Source: Batkoa obscura (lineage: Eukaryota). Taken from it: DNA of 64,000 nt. The notes beneath the pieces are model-generated. The model saw only the letters and a list, made by a program, of their open reading frames with translations. It made no database searches and was not told the DNA's origin. This document shows positions 25,483 through 37,608 of the stretch, piece after piece. A program made the translations under genes and the position numbers. The stretch's first letter is position 1. Each line of letters starts with the position of its first letter. The stretch lies in assembly GCA_030770535.1 (NCBI GenBank), contig JASVEC010000024.1, forward strand, positions 682,001 through 746,000. Reading direction: 5' to 3'.

Positions 25483-26170
25483 ATTATATTGAATACTGAG
25501 TTAATACATTTTATATGTATTTATATACTTAATGGAAAACAGTTAAAAATTGACACGCTTTTTAATAATAAAATTTAGTTAATTTTGTTCTATTTCATTC
25601 TTTTCAATCCCTAAATTTACTATTTTTGATTAATTATAAAAATGAGGTACAAAAATATATCAATTTCAAGTTGTTCACGACTTGGTATCACAAAAATAAT
25701 ATTTTCAAAAATGAAGATACAATTTTGACTTTTGAACTAACTATAAAATAAAAGAACTGTTTCAGTTTACAATTCATATCTCCAAAGCCGATATACAACT
25801 ATTTAATTGAGTCATAATCCTTGGTACAGAGCTATCATCCTCACTTTATTTTAATTATATTGGCTTGGCCATGCCATTTAATGTTTAATTTAAGTAATTC
25901 ATTAATTACCAATGTAAATCATAAATTAAAAAATAAACCGTTAACTTAAAACTTAACAAAAAGGTAATATAAAATAAAAGTTAAAAAGGCATGTTTTTCA
26001 GTTAACTTAGAGCATGCGATAATGACAATAATAAATCATGAGGAGAGTATCAACAAAGAAAATAGTAAGAGGTAAGGCCTAAAATCGAAGTAGTATAAAG
26101 GCACTAAAATTTATCGATATTTTGATATAAGTTTTAAAGACAATTAGAAATCAATTTACTATTATTAAGC

Positions 26171-26704
26171 ATGTACAAATTCACCATCCTTTTATTATCT
26201 ACCTTTATTGGCTTTATTTTGGCCAATAACTGTAACAGTGCCACCCAATGCGTAGCGCAGCAGAAGCAGGCAATTCAAAGCGCCTGTGGTGGTGTAAGCC
26301 AATCTGAAAGCTGTCTTTGCCAGCAATATCAAAGTATGATAGCTTCTTGTTTAAGTAACTGTAGTGACCCAACTTCAATGCAATTAATGCAAAGCATCCA
26401 AAGTGATTCTTCAAGCTACTGCTCTGGTGCTATGGCCAATCCTATGGCCAACTCTATGCCTTTTAACAATAATTTCCTTGCTACGCCCATTATTGGTGGC
26501 TCCCAATCCTCTCTTATTATCAATGATGGTCCCACTGGTATTGCTATCCCAGTTCAAACTAACGCTTTCGGTAACCAAGGTTTTGGTAATCAAGCTACTG
26601 TTTCATTGTCTAACACTCCAATTAAGATATCTAGTGCCTATGATTTACAACCTAGATATTTAATTCTAGTCTCTCTAGCTTTATCATTAGCATTCGTGTT
26701 TTAA
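26171..26704 (+). CDS. Secreted 8-Cys CFEM-like, probably GPI-anchored protein (family member)
   Basis: Signal peptide, 8 Cys with the same spacing pattern, hydrophobic tail. Confidence 0.85.
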   Translation: MYKFTILLLSTFIGFILANNCNSATQCVAQQKQAIQSACGGVSQSESCLCQQYQSMIASCLSNCSDPTSMQLMQSIQSDSSSYCSGAMANPMANSMPFNNNFLATPIIGGSQSSLIINDGPTGIAIPVQTNAFGNQGFGNQATVSLSNTPIKISSAYDLQPRYLILVSLALSLAFVF

Positions 26705-26857
26705 ATTTAGAATTATATAAAAATAAAAAATAATACTTTACTAACATTTATTAATTTGGGTTTTTCATACATATAATAATATAGATTTTAAAGATATCAA
26801 TCAATTTGTAATTTTTTTCAATATGATGACCACATTAAATTCAATTTTATTGTTATA

Positions 26858-27051
26858 TGAAGATATTTTAATTTTATCACTTTTTCCTTTTTCTAAGCAC
26901 TATTTGAGTGGATAAGTTATTAGTAAAATCCTTAAAAAAATCATTACCATGTGGAGGTGTTTTTTTTTGGCTTCATTACTTTCTCCATCTTTTAAGCAGT
27001 ATTTAAGCAAAAAAATTGTCAGTAAAATTCTTAAACACAAAATACGTCCTC
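26858..27051. mobile_element. Tandem pair of family A MITEs (about 26858-26948 and 26953-27051)
   Basis: Two same-orientation copies separated by ATGT. Confidence 0.8.
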
Positions 27052-27533
27052 ATATGAATATTTACTATTACAAATTCCCTTATATGCCAAAAAAATCAAT
27101 AGAGGGACTTATGCTACTAAATTCATCAAATTATACATTATTAATTCAAATTTTTAAAACAATAATATCCACCATTATAACTTATCTTCAAATCTGACAC
27201 CCTACTAACATTGTATTGTAATATGCTCTTATTATTAAAGCATAATATAAAGGTCCCTTTGAATATTTATTAGCACAAAAGTTGCTAAAACCGAAACAAT
27301 TTAAATGCCCTTTAAGATTGGGCAAATATTTTTTATTACATAAAAATTGTGCGTGATTAATCCTCAAATTATAATTACGATCAAAGATAAATCATTAGCT
27401 ATTTAGCATAAAAGTATAATAAAACTATAGTAAAAAAAACATTTAGAAAATGTGTTTTTTGATTTATTGCCTTCATGTTTTCTAAGTAGCCTAAAATTTT
27501 ATAAAATTTATTTATTAAATAGAAAAAACACAT

Positions 27534-27632
27534 GAGGATATATTTCTTTGCTTAAGAATTTTACTAACAATCTTTCCGCTCAAATAGTGCTTAAGAAATG
27601 GAAAAAGTAACGAGACCAAAAAAAACATTCCC
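27534..27632. mobile_element. Family A MITE with ACAT TSD
   Basis: ACAT-GAGGAT...ATTCCC-ACAT. Confidence 0.88.
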
Positions 27633-27680
27633 ACATTTTGTTTTTTTAGTATTTATATTTAATTTAACTTTTTATCAATA

Positions 27681-27970
27681 GATTAAAGCAGGAAAAAGCT
27701 AACCCTGAGTTTAAATTTACCTGATATAAGGTCCAAGCATTAAAGGTGTTTAGCAGCGTACAATAATAGAGGTATTAAAGCTATTATTAGAAAGGCTCTT
27801 CAATACCGCCCCTCGTATATGGAATGCGCAAAAAGTTGTTGTGAATTATACGGGGATTAAGCCCTTCGTCTAGCCTACAATTTAACAAGCAGAAATTTTA
27901 TGCAAGGCTGTACTGTCAAAATGACTAATAGGAATAGGTTTAGGAATAAGCCTATTTTAATCCTTAACAC
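27681..27970. ncRNA. Candidate structured non-coding RNA, identity unknown
   Basis: GC-richer island without an ORF, with several complementary segments and complementary ends. Confidence 0.3.
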
Positions 27971-28877
27971 AAAATCTATAAATTTTTGTTTAGTAAGATA
28001 TGGATAAAAATTGTATGAGATATAACATATTATCAATTTTAGATTGATAGTTGTGTGTTAGAGCCTTTTAATAACTAAAAGTAATTAGAAATTAAATTCT
28101 AGTTTAGTATAAAAAATTACCCTTAAAATCTATAACTTAATGAAATGCTTCAAATTGAATAATTAACAGTTAAAGAGCTATTATGAAAAGACAATAGCAT
28201 ATAATAAAAGTTAATATACAAATCTTTCCAAAAAGATTATACGAGATCTAACGGATTATATTAAAACCTAAGCATATTCAAAGCTTGTTATTACTTTATA
28301 TTGAAGTATAAAGTACCATTAACCATTATAAGATGCTGTCTAAATGTAAAATAACAGAAATAGGTTTAACTTTATAGTGATAACACCTTCTCATATTATA
28401 TAAAGTAGGATGAAATCAAAAATTGTAGTTTTAAACATTACAATTTATATATTATTATAAAGTAAAAAATAGAATATTTTTAAAGATTTGAAGTTAAATT
28501 GAGTTTATTAAAAAACTACTAAAAAAAGTAACCGAAATTCATTAAAGTGTGCCCAACCTAAGAAATGTGCTATTAAATTTTTAAAAATCCGTTACAACAG
28601 TAAAATCATTTACCCCTATCAACACATGTTTCTAAGTAAATGTAATACTAAGAGAGAACAAATCCATCATATCATTGTAAAAAAGAGTCCTTTTTATGAT
28701 GTATATATCTTCCTTTTAATTAATGACCCCACCTTTACCATATTATAAATATGAATATATGAATATACGAGAACACTTTATTGGTCATATAAAAAGAAAT
28801 AATAATACAGTTTAGAATTTTTAAAAAATCAGTTAATTAGATCTTTATACTTTAAAACAACAGTACTATAACATAAT

Positions 28878-29516
28878 ATGCAACTTTCTAATATTATCGC
28901 TTTTTCTATTGCCTTGATCGCCACTTCAATAAATGCTTTATGTAATCCAACCTGTGTATCAGCTATTCAAGGTCAACTTCAATCACAATGTGGAAGTGGC
29001 ACAAACACAAATAGCAATATTTGTTTATGTAACAACTATTCGCAGTTGATGCAATGTTTCAATGGATGTAATGATGCACAGAGTCAAAATGAACTCATGA
29101 ATTATCAAGCACAAGCTAGAAATGTATGTAATACTGCACTTCAAGGAGCTAGTTTACCAGTCAATAATAATTTTATTGGAATGAATGGACAAGCTACTCA
29201 AATCCCTAATGGTCCTACTCCAACCATTAATGGCCTCTTTGCAGCTTCTACAATAGGTACCGATTTACATATCAGTGCTGGTAACACCGATGTTATTGTA
29301 CCTTTCTCTGGGTCACCTCAAAATACTAATGTACCAGTTGTTGGATCTCTTTATTCTTCTTATAGTCTTGGTTCTATTACTGTTGGCTACAAATCATCTG
29401 CTGCACCTACCTTTACATTCCGTTCTGCATCCAATTCCAATACCATTGATGGTAAAACAGTATCAATTATATGTATTTGTACTACTGTTTTATCTATCTT
29501 ATCATACTTGTTATGA
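28878..29516 (+). CDS. Near-identical duplicate of the 18764 CFEM-like gene
   Basis: 212 aa, differs only by V6I at protein level. Confidence 0.87.
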   Translation: MQLSNIIAFSIALIATSINALCNPTCVSAIQGQLQSQCGSGTNTNSNICLCNNYSQLMQCFNGCNDAQSQNELMNYQAQARNVCNTALQGASLPVNNNFIGMNGQATQIPNGPTPTINGLFAASTIGTDLHISAGNTDVIVPFSGSPQNTNVPVVGSLYSSYSLGSITVGYKSSAAPTFTFRSASNSNTIDGKTVSIICICTTVLSILSYLL

Positions 29517-29621
29517 TTCAAACTTTATAAAATACTAAATAATAATTATTAATAAAAAATATTAAAATATATATTCTTTTTGTTATGAAATATCATTTTT
29601 ACAAATATTAAATAAGTATAT

Positions 29622-29719
29622 GAGGATGTTTTTTTTGACTTGATTACTTTTTCCATCTTTAAGCGCTATTTGGGTGGAAAAATTGTTAGTAAAATTCTTA
29701 AATACAAAAATAAATTCCC
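29622..29719. mobile_element. Family A MITE
   Basis: ATAT-GAGGATG...TTCCC-ATAT. Confidence 0.85.
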
Positions 29720-30858
29720 ATATTATTTATAGAGCCGAAGGTATTCCATGAATGCTTGTCACATAACCAAAATTCAACTTTGTACCTAAAATATTAAAAA
29801 CGTTGAAACAATGTAATCTACTCAAATTAAAAATTAAGTTCAATAAAACTTTAACCCTACTATTTGATAAATCATTGTCCTTTATTTGACTTCACCCTTC
29901 CTTACATCTGGACTTTTTTAACTTCACACCTTAATTTATATAAGCAAAAACATAAATATCTTTGGACTTTAAATTCAATAAAGTTAAGACTTTAACTCAA
30001 ATCTAGTTTATTTAGTATTTACTCTTGAGTTCGATTATCTAATAAAGAAATATTTAATTAATTTAATTGTATGATGTTTTATAAATGTCAATTAAATTTT
30101 ATAAGGACTTTAATATTAATTACAATACTATGGTTTCTAAATTTGAAATATAGCTTTTTTATACTATTATACTTTTATTTCTCAAAAGTAGTTACTATTA
30201 AAGCTATACATTATTGATCAAAACAGAGTAAGATTTGCTACTTGTTAGATTTTATTAGCATTTGTCTGATTTTGTCTAGTACTCTGTATCTTTTTCAGGA
30301 ATATTTTATTGTTTTATTAAGATCTTTATCTTTAAAATGATTTTTGTAATATATACTTATTCTGAAGTAAACAAGATATTTCAAATAATAAGTTGTTTTT
30401 GAGACATTAATATAGTATATTTATTAAAAAGTTAATATTTTATTTTAATATCAACTTTAAGTTATAAAAGTCAATTTCATTCAAACAATAAGATATGGAG
30501 ATATTGTAATCAGCCTATTTATATTAACAATTGATTATATCAAAATATTTCAAAAGAATATGACTTAGCAAGCTACATTCTTATCTCCGATACTAGCTTT
30601 GAAAAGGTGGACATTAATCCCCAGCAATTTAATAATTAAAATCAGCAACAAAAGTTCCCATGTGTTGTAATATTAACCAAAGGTTTGAATTATTTTAAAC
30701 TAACTTATTTTAATATAACCGATGAAAGAGTTATTTATAACCCAAAAGTTAATGAAACAAAATTAATTTTAATAAAAATTAATTTATAAATCAATTGATA
30801 ATTAAGATATACAAGTTTTGTTTTATAATCACATGCTATCTTTATTGGTTAAATGACT

Positions 30859-30865
30859 GTGGGAA
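30859..30865 (+). promoter_or_regulatory. CSL consensus site GTGGGAA upstream of the CSL gene
   Basis: TGTGGGAA exact match. Confidence 0.4.
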
Positions 30866-31528
30866 AAAAGGAGTTGTTTACTGATTGGAGAACAAATCAT
30901 AAATAGGATGATGGAGAAGGTGGATCGAAATTACCGGTTTTTGCCGCAGATGATTTAGAATTGAGCCAATAGATTTTGATGTTGAAAGTCATTTAATAAA
31001 AATTTGAAGAAAAAACATTTATGATCAATTAAGGAAAATAATCAACAAGAATAAAGGAAAAATAAACTCCATCCCTTTACTATTTTGATGTTAATTATCA
31101 AATTGGAGTTATCTTATTGGTGCTTGTATTAGTTAAAACAATAGATAACTAATTCTAATTTTTTGATAGGATAATACAATTAAAAAAATTATAAAAAACT
31201 AATATTTTATCAAAGTATTTGATTATTTTCATTCAAATCTTAGCCCCTGAATTATCAAACTTGATTTCATCCCTCCCCCTTACACATACAGCTTCATCCC
31301 TTTATTGACTAAGCAACCCATACTTATCTTCTATTTTCACATGGATTTACTAAATTCAAAGATAAGCTAAAATAATGTTAACGGTTCTATTTTATTGGTT
31401 AAGTTTAAACAAAAGAAGAAAGAATGATGCAATATTATATTTGTTGAAAGTATTTTTTAAGTAAGCCAATGAATTGAATTTAATTTATCATTTTGCTTAA
31501 TTTTAAATTCTAATCAATAATTATTTCA

Positions 31529-31535
31529 GTGGGAA
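31529..31535 (+). promoter_or_regulatory. Second CSL consensus site GTGGGAA
   Basis: Exact match about 300 bp upstream of the ATG. Confidence 0.4.
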
Positions 31536-31831
31536 AGTTGAAAATTGGGTTAGGTTTAATTATCAAATGCGAAGAAAAATATTCCTATGTTGATAACATA
31601 AAAATCAAGTTGATAGACCAATATCATTTTTAATCTTTTTCATTAACGTAAATTTATGAAATTGTACCCTTAATTAGCAACTACTCTATTAATAGTGTCT
31701 AACTTTCATAAGCTCTTATTTATTTTAATCTATCCACCCCTATTTATCAATTGAGGTCTTAATCCAGAGTTATAAAAGCACAAAATCGTTGATAATTTAT
31801 ATAAAACCGTTTTCACTATTTAAATACTAAG

Positions 31832-33271
31832 ATGAAGCAAAATATGCCATCTTATTCTTTTAATCAACTTCCTTGTCGGTCCTTTTCACTAAGTCCAGAC
31901 ATTAAATTCCCGTCATTAGACAATTATCATTATTCCTCATCTGATTCAATGCCACATAGCATTAAGAGGACACCTTCACCCTTAGAGCTATCCTCACCGC
32001 CGGATAGGGCCAATAAAGTAAGGAAAGCAAATCAGGCCATGTCTATTGCTTCCTTACTATCACCTCCAAAATACCCACCAGAACAAAATACTATTTCTTT
32101 ACCCTCCCTTACCTTTTCCCCACAATCAAACTTACAACAGGCTGGATCCTTTCATTCTACACCCGAAAGATCACTCCAAAGTCATACCTTTGGTCATCCA
32201 CATACTCCCATCATCCCACTACCACCTGTCTTCCAACATTTATCACCAAGGGACCCTTTTCAGCCAACCCAACGTATTATTACTAATAAGTCTCATTCAT
32301 ACAAAAGAAGTTTATCTGCTGAAACAAAGGAAATCACAGTTGAATGCTTTCATTCTTCAGTTGCACAAAAGTCTTATGGGACAGAGAAAAGATTCATATG
32401 TCCACCACCAATTGTAAGAGCGATAAAAGGGTATAACAATCATGGATCCGCTTTAGTTCCCAACCCAGCTAATATCAACAATCCAATTAGGTTATCTATT
32501 GTATCAGATGGAGTAGAAGAGAGCTTACAACAAGAAAGCCAACTTGAGCATCGCCCAACAGTTTTCCGTTATCTCCATATAAGTAACAATAAGAAATCCA
32601 AGCAGTTCCAACTTAAATTAGATGTGTTCAATAATAGTCACGCTAACTTAGCACCAGAAGCAAGTTTAACAACGGATCCAATTGCAATTGTTTCAAAACC
32701 ATCTAAGTCAAGGAGTTTAGCCTCTTGTATCATGTCTGGCTCTTTAGTCTCTTTGTATTCCCGTATCAACTCTCAAACTGTAAGGACAAACTACTTTAAA
32801 GTCAATGATGGAAAGGTAATTACTTTTTCTAAAAGTGATTGGTCGCCCATGCGAATTGAATTAGCTGGTGAGAGCTTAGATAAGGATAACTTTAATTCAA
32901 ATAAGCCTCGTCCAATTACTTATGGTTCGCATGTTACTTTAAGTGACTGGGATAGTGGGTTTAAAAGTGAAACATTTGAAATATTAAAAGTTGAACGTGG
33001 TGAAGTTTTACTAGATTATCAAGGTCCAGTATTACAGATGCATAAAATAGCTTTACGTAAGGCCGAAGTTAAACAAAATGTGAGTTTGTTATCGTGTGAT
33101 TCTAATGATGCGATGTGTAAAAGTAATGGCATGGTTAATTTTTCAAATATGAAATTGGTGAACCTTTTAAGCTGTAGTTCATTTAATTGTGATAGTGAAA
33201 AAAGTATTAGAGTGGAAGATAGGGATATTTGGACCTTGGTCGGAATCAGTCACTCAAAACAAAGTTTATAA
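31832..33271 (+). CDS. Fungal CSL (RBP-J/Su(H)/LAG-1, Cbf11/Cbf12-like) transcription factor
   Basis: HSSVAQKSYGTEKRFICPPP, IVSKPSK, LYSRINSQTVRT, PITYGSHV, VLQMHKIAL; low-complexity N-terminus. Confidence 0.92.
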   Translation: MKQNMPSYSFNQLPCRSFSLSPDIKFPSLDNYHYSSSDSMPHSIKRTPSPLELSSPPDRANKVRKANQAMSIASLLSPPKYPPEQNTISLPSLTFSPQSNLQQAGSFHSTPERSLQSHTFGHPHTPIIPLPPVFQHLSPRDPFQPTQRIITNKSHSYKRSLSAETKEITVECFHSSVAQKSYGTEKRFICPPPIVRAIKGYNNHGSALVPNPANINNPIRLSIVSDGVEESLQQESQLEHRPTVFRYLHISNNKKSKQFQLKLDVFNNSHANLAPEASLTTDPIAIVSKPSKSRSLASCIMSGSLVSLYSRINSQTVRTNYFKVNDGKVITFSKSDWSPMRIELAGESLDKDNFNSNKPRPITYGSHVTLSDWDSGFKSETFEILKVERGEVLLDYQGPVLQMHKIALRKAEVKQNVSLLSCDSNDAMCKSNGMVNFSNMKLVNLLSCSSFNCDSEKSIRVEDRDIWTLVGISHSKQSL

Positions 33272-33446
33272 AATGTATTAAATATTCTATATAAAAAATA
33301 AATAAATTGTTCTTTTTAATAACATCAATATTGTCTTTTCTGCAAAAAAAATTATTTATCCTTAAAGTACCTAAATACAAAATCTGTTATTTTTTTAAAA
33401 TGCAGTTTATTTATTAAAGCATATTGTGTAAGCAATTGGTTCCATA

Positions 33447-34227
33447 TTAACTACGAAGTAAAGGTTCTCTTTCATCAGGTACACTGATGTTTTTATAGGT
33501 ATAAAAAGTGAATAATGTAGTCACAAAATGAATAGCCAACGCGATAGATATCCAAACAATCAAAGTGGTCATTTCGGTGGCTACAGAATTCTTTAAAAAC
33601 CCATAACATGGTACTTGATATCCAAAATAATCACTCTTAATGCACGCAGCCTCTTCTTTTTTAGGGAATGCATGGTCAATTGTAGTATGTAAGCCACAGC
33701 ATCCATATTCTTCTTCAATATTACGAAGTAAGTAAGGAGAATCGTCGTATGCATATATCCAGAATCTATTAACAACATCACCTACATATGATCGACCATA
33801 AATGAGTACACCCAAGAATATAGCTTGGATGATAGTAAATATAGACAATATAATAAAGTACTACAAGATAAATTTAACAAATAAAGTTATAACAAAGAAA
33901 TTATCAAACTCACTAATTTCAACTGATCCTTGCTTTCCAAATATGTAGATATGTGACCGTGAAATGAGAATAAAAAGATAAGGACACCAAGCCCAAGTAA
34001 CAGCCCTGGGAAGGTAAATGAAGCTCTTGGTATATTCCCTTTTGATATATCGTAGACTCCTAAGCCTATAAGTTCAATTCCAACGAACTAGAACAATTAG
34101 TTAAAATAGCATAGATATTAATAGAGAAGAAATAATAACTTACAGTAATAAGCAAATTAAGAAGCATTAGTACACCCTTACGGTATCCAATGTCATCCTC
34201 TCCACGAAGTAAATCTAATCTTGTCAT
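33447..34227 (-). CDS. Tetraspanin-family protein (fungal Tsp3-like), 3 exons
   Basis: Four hydrophobic helices, CCG motif (YGCCGL) plus two further Cys in the large loop, C-terminal EREPLL; introns about 34088-34143 and 33861-33912. Confidence 0.8.
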
Positions 34228-35328
34228 AGTTTGATTGTTGTAGAAAATAAAAAGTAGCAGTTTCCTTTTTATTGCTGTTTATAAAGGATAGATTTTACTT
34301 GGGTGAGCTTAAACTATTAGTGATGTAGAAATTCAATAAGTTCATTGGCAATGATATAAAATTAAGATCATTATGATTGTATGATTATTTAAGAAAATAC
34401 ATTTTATCAAGTTGTCAGTAAAGTCTGTTTCATAGTTTTTAATCTGTTTTAATGTATAATTAATTGCTAGTTCAAATCATAAAAGTTATGAATAATAAAT
34501 TTAGCTTAAATAATTTCACTAATATTAATATTAGTACTAATAAATTAAGATTTTAAAATTAGACTCAAATACTGTTTTAGGTATTATCTATATTCAATAT
34601 CTATTTTTAATTTTTAATATAGTTAATGTAAATGTTTATTTTCTTGAGTCTAGTATTATCAAATATTACTATATGACATTAAAACAATGATTGTTAAATT
34701 ATAGTCACCAACACAGAATTAAGAACTTTAAAGCCATATGTTAGCTTATTATTTGATAATAAAGATTAGTTATCGTCATCTATTATTATGTAAATTGTAC
34801 TTTTGTATATGTGTAATTTTTACTGAAGCAATATATATATATTGCGTTTTATAGCTTAAACTAAAAGAATTAAATAAACCATTCTTGCTATTTACTATCT
34901 TTAAATTAAATAAGGAAAGTGATATGCTATTCAAGCATTATTTTAATGTTAATTGATTAGACAAAATACCAATAGCTTCCATTGTTAGAGTGATTAATCC
35001 TTCAATAAATCAAAAATACGATATTATATAAAAACGTATTAGGGTAGAAGCAACATTGATATGAGTTAAGTATAATGTAAACGAAGACAGATAAATGTTA
35101 CAATTATAGTTGATGTTAAAAGTAAGCTAATTAGAATATATCAAACTAAAAGGTCATTAATAAATTAATAACCAATAAGCGGAGTCAATTAATTTTAAAA
35201 GCCAATTATATTAAACATATACAGATAGTAATATTTTTACTTGATGATTCAGCCAATCCAATAAAATCAAGTGATTTAAAGCTATAAGGTTAATGCAGTT
35301 GAAAAAAGTTTTTATTGTTTTAAAGAAA

Positions 35329-37608
35329 ATGGAAATTGTCAGAGCATTTTCAACAAGGGTAAAAATATACAGATATCAAGAAAATAATTGGGGTGAATAT
35401 GGTTCGGGTATATGTAGTATTCGAAAATATGATGAAGCAAGTGACAAGCATATGATCGTTGTAGTGGATTCTCAAGATAAAGATTCTACAATTTTAAGTT
35501 TTAAGATCCTCTGCTCTGGACAGTTTAAGAAAGAGCAAGATGGTTTAATAGTATGGCCCTTAGTCCCAGGAAGCTTTCATCTTTGTTTAAGCTTCCAGGG
35601 GGTAAAAATTAGGGATGCTTTTTATGGTTATATACAAGAAGTTGAAAAGCATTTATTAAAAGAATCAACTCCAGAGGGTGAATCAGACCCAGATGCATTA
35701 ATACAACAAGACGAAACAAGGATGTCCTTTGATAATTTAGAACCTACTATGGGAAATATAGGTGAAATTGATGCATTCTTATTAGCCAATAATCAAGGGA
35801 ATTTCGAATATAAAGAAAGAGTGGCTACAAAATTAATTGAACATAAATTTTTAGAGAAACTTAAGGATGTTTATGACATTGCTACGGATCTCGAAGATCT
35901 AAATTGTTTAAATAAGTTATTCAGTATTATAAAATCTTTGTTGCAGTATTATGATCCTAGGATCACTGAAAGTTTTGCTCATGATGATTATATATTAATG
36001 ATTGCTGGTATTATGGAGCATAGTCCAGGGCTTCCACATGTAAAGCAATCATATGTCAATTTTTTGAATGATCCAGCTCGTTTCAAACAGCTTATTAGCT
36101 TACCCGATGAAACTACTGAAAGGATGGTACGTGAATCATTCAGATTAACTTACTTAAAAGAAACTGTTTTAAGTCCTATAATGAATGAGACTGCCAGTAG
36201 CCAATTCACAGGGGTGATTGCAAGGAAGAACAATGAAATATTGAAAAGGATAACTGATAATCATGAGTTTTTGAGTCGCCTCTTTAATACCCTTCGTGAT
36301 CCTGAGGCCCCAATAAATAAAAAACGTCCAATCATTCTTTTTGTTCAACAGCTTTGTACTTTAGGTAGGGTATCTTCTATAGGAAATTTAACTTCTTTGA
36401 TTGGAGTTCTTAATCAAAAAGGATTATTTGCAATACTTCGATTCACAATGAGTGATCCCGATTTGAAAATTCGAGTTATCGGGGCAGAGATTTTAGCCAT
36501 GATGGTGGATAATAACCCTTCGCTTGTACGTTCTACTATCAAACATAAGGTTGGGTCAGATGAGCCTACTTTGTTGGAATTATTGATCAGGTCCATGATA
36601 AAAGAAACTAGTACCAGCGTGATTAGTCAATATTCTGATATCATTCGCTCTCTTTTAATTTATCATTGCCCAGCACCTGCAGTAAGGGCAGCCAGCAATG
36701 GAACCAATACGACTGACCCAAACTTAAGAAAGGATGATGACCTGGATAGCTTTGTAAGGTATTTTTATGACAACTTGATTGATATTTTGATTTCACCATT
36801 AATTGAATTAAATGATAATTTTGCTAAAGAGAGTTCAGGTGTAGTCAAAGTATTACCACGTCATCATGATACTTTAACATTTACTATTTGTGACCTTTTA
36901 AATTCCTTCTTACGCTTTCATTCCGTTAAAATCAAATATTTTGTGATTGGTAGTCATGTGGTCAAATATATAGTGCCACTTTTGAGGGCTAGATCTGGCC
37001 ATGTTAAACTTGCTGCGTTAAGATTTTTTAGAAATTTGATTGGAACAAGGGATGAGTTTTTTTCAAGAACTTTGATACGCCATAAAATAATCGAACATAT
37101 CTTACAAACTTATACCTCCACAGAAAATGCTAATAATATGTTAAATTCAGCGTGTAGGGAATTCTTTCAATTTATTGTAACAGAAAAGATGATTACACTT
37201 TTAAAGTATCTAGCAGTTGATTTGGAAAGTGAGGTTACAAAGTTATCGAGTGTTCAAGTATTTAAAGATATTATATTTTATTATGGAGCTATGGTGAATG
37301 GCACACCATCCACTGCTTCTTTACGTTCCGTTACACCAAAGAGTGAACGGGATGAGCATGAAAAGGAGATGTCGCCATCAGGTAAAAAACAAAAGCTTTG
37401 GGCGACAGAAACATTGGAGAAATCGGAAGAAGAATATTTTAAAGAAGATGATGAGGGTATGGAAATCGGAGAGTCAGATACCACTCAAAGTGAATTATCA
37501 TCCAATCATAAAGTTGAAGAAGTAGATTTGGATTTCCCACTTAAACCATTGGTGGACTATGATGATGAAGAGGATGAAGAGGATGGGTTTTCTAAGTTGC
37601 AGGAATAA
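35329..37608 (+). CDS. PSY2: PP4 regulatory subunit 3 (Psy2/SMEK); in-frame upstream ATG at 35293
   Basis: RVKIYR..W...GSG EVH1-like start, LSFQ, FRLTYLKETVL, LAALRFFR, NMLNSACREFF, LVDYDDEED tail. Confidence 0.9.
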   Translation: MEIVRAFSTRVKIYRYQENNWGEYGSGICSIRKYDEASDKHMIVVVDSQDKDSTILSFKILCSGQFKKEQDGLIVWPLVPGSFHLCLSFQGVKIRDAFYGYIQEVEKHLLKESTPEGESDPDALIQQDETRMSFDNLEPTMGNIGEIDAFLLANNQGNFEYKERVATKLIEHKFLEKLKDVYDIATDLEDLNCLNKLFSIIKSLLQYYDPRITESFAHDDYILMIAGIMEHSPGLPHVKQSYVNFLNDPARFKQLISLPDETTERMVRESFRLTYLKETVLSPIMNETASSQFTGVIARKNNEILKRITDNHEFLSRLFNTLRDPEAPINKKRPIILFVQQLCTLGRVSSIGNLTSLIGVLNQKGLFAILRFTMSDPDLKIRVIGAEILAMMVDNNPSLVRSTIKHKVGSDEPTLLELLIRSMIKETSTSVISQYSDIIRSLLIYHCPAPAVRAASNGTNTTDPNLRKDDDLDSFVRYFYDNLIDILISPLIELNDNFAKESSGVVKVLPRHHDTLTFTICDLLNSFLRFHSVKIKYFVIGSHVVKYIVPLLRARSGHVKLAALRFFRNLIGTRDEFFSRTLIRHKIIEHILQTYTSTENANNMLNSACREFFQFIVTEKMITLLKYLAVDLESEVTKLSSVQVFKDIIFYYGAMVNGTPSTASLRSVTPKSERDEHEKEMSPSGKKQKLWATETLEKSEEEYFKEDDEGMEIGESDTTQSELSSNHKVEEVDLDFPLKPLVDYDDEEDEEDGFSKLQE

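Noticed and set aside
26949..27197. ORFs 26949-27197, 49034-49216, 54357-54656 and 54987-55283
   Set aside because: Chance read-through of MITE sequence
27712..27725. U1 snRNA 5' end (TTACCTG)
   Set aside because: Lacks ATACTTACCTG and I found no recognisable U1 loops or Sm site
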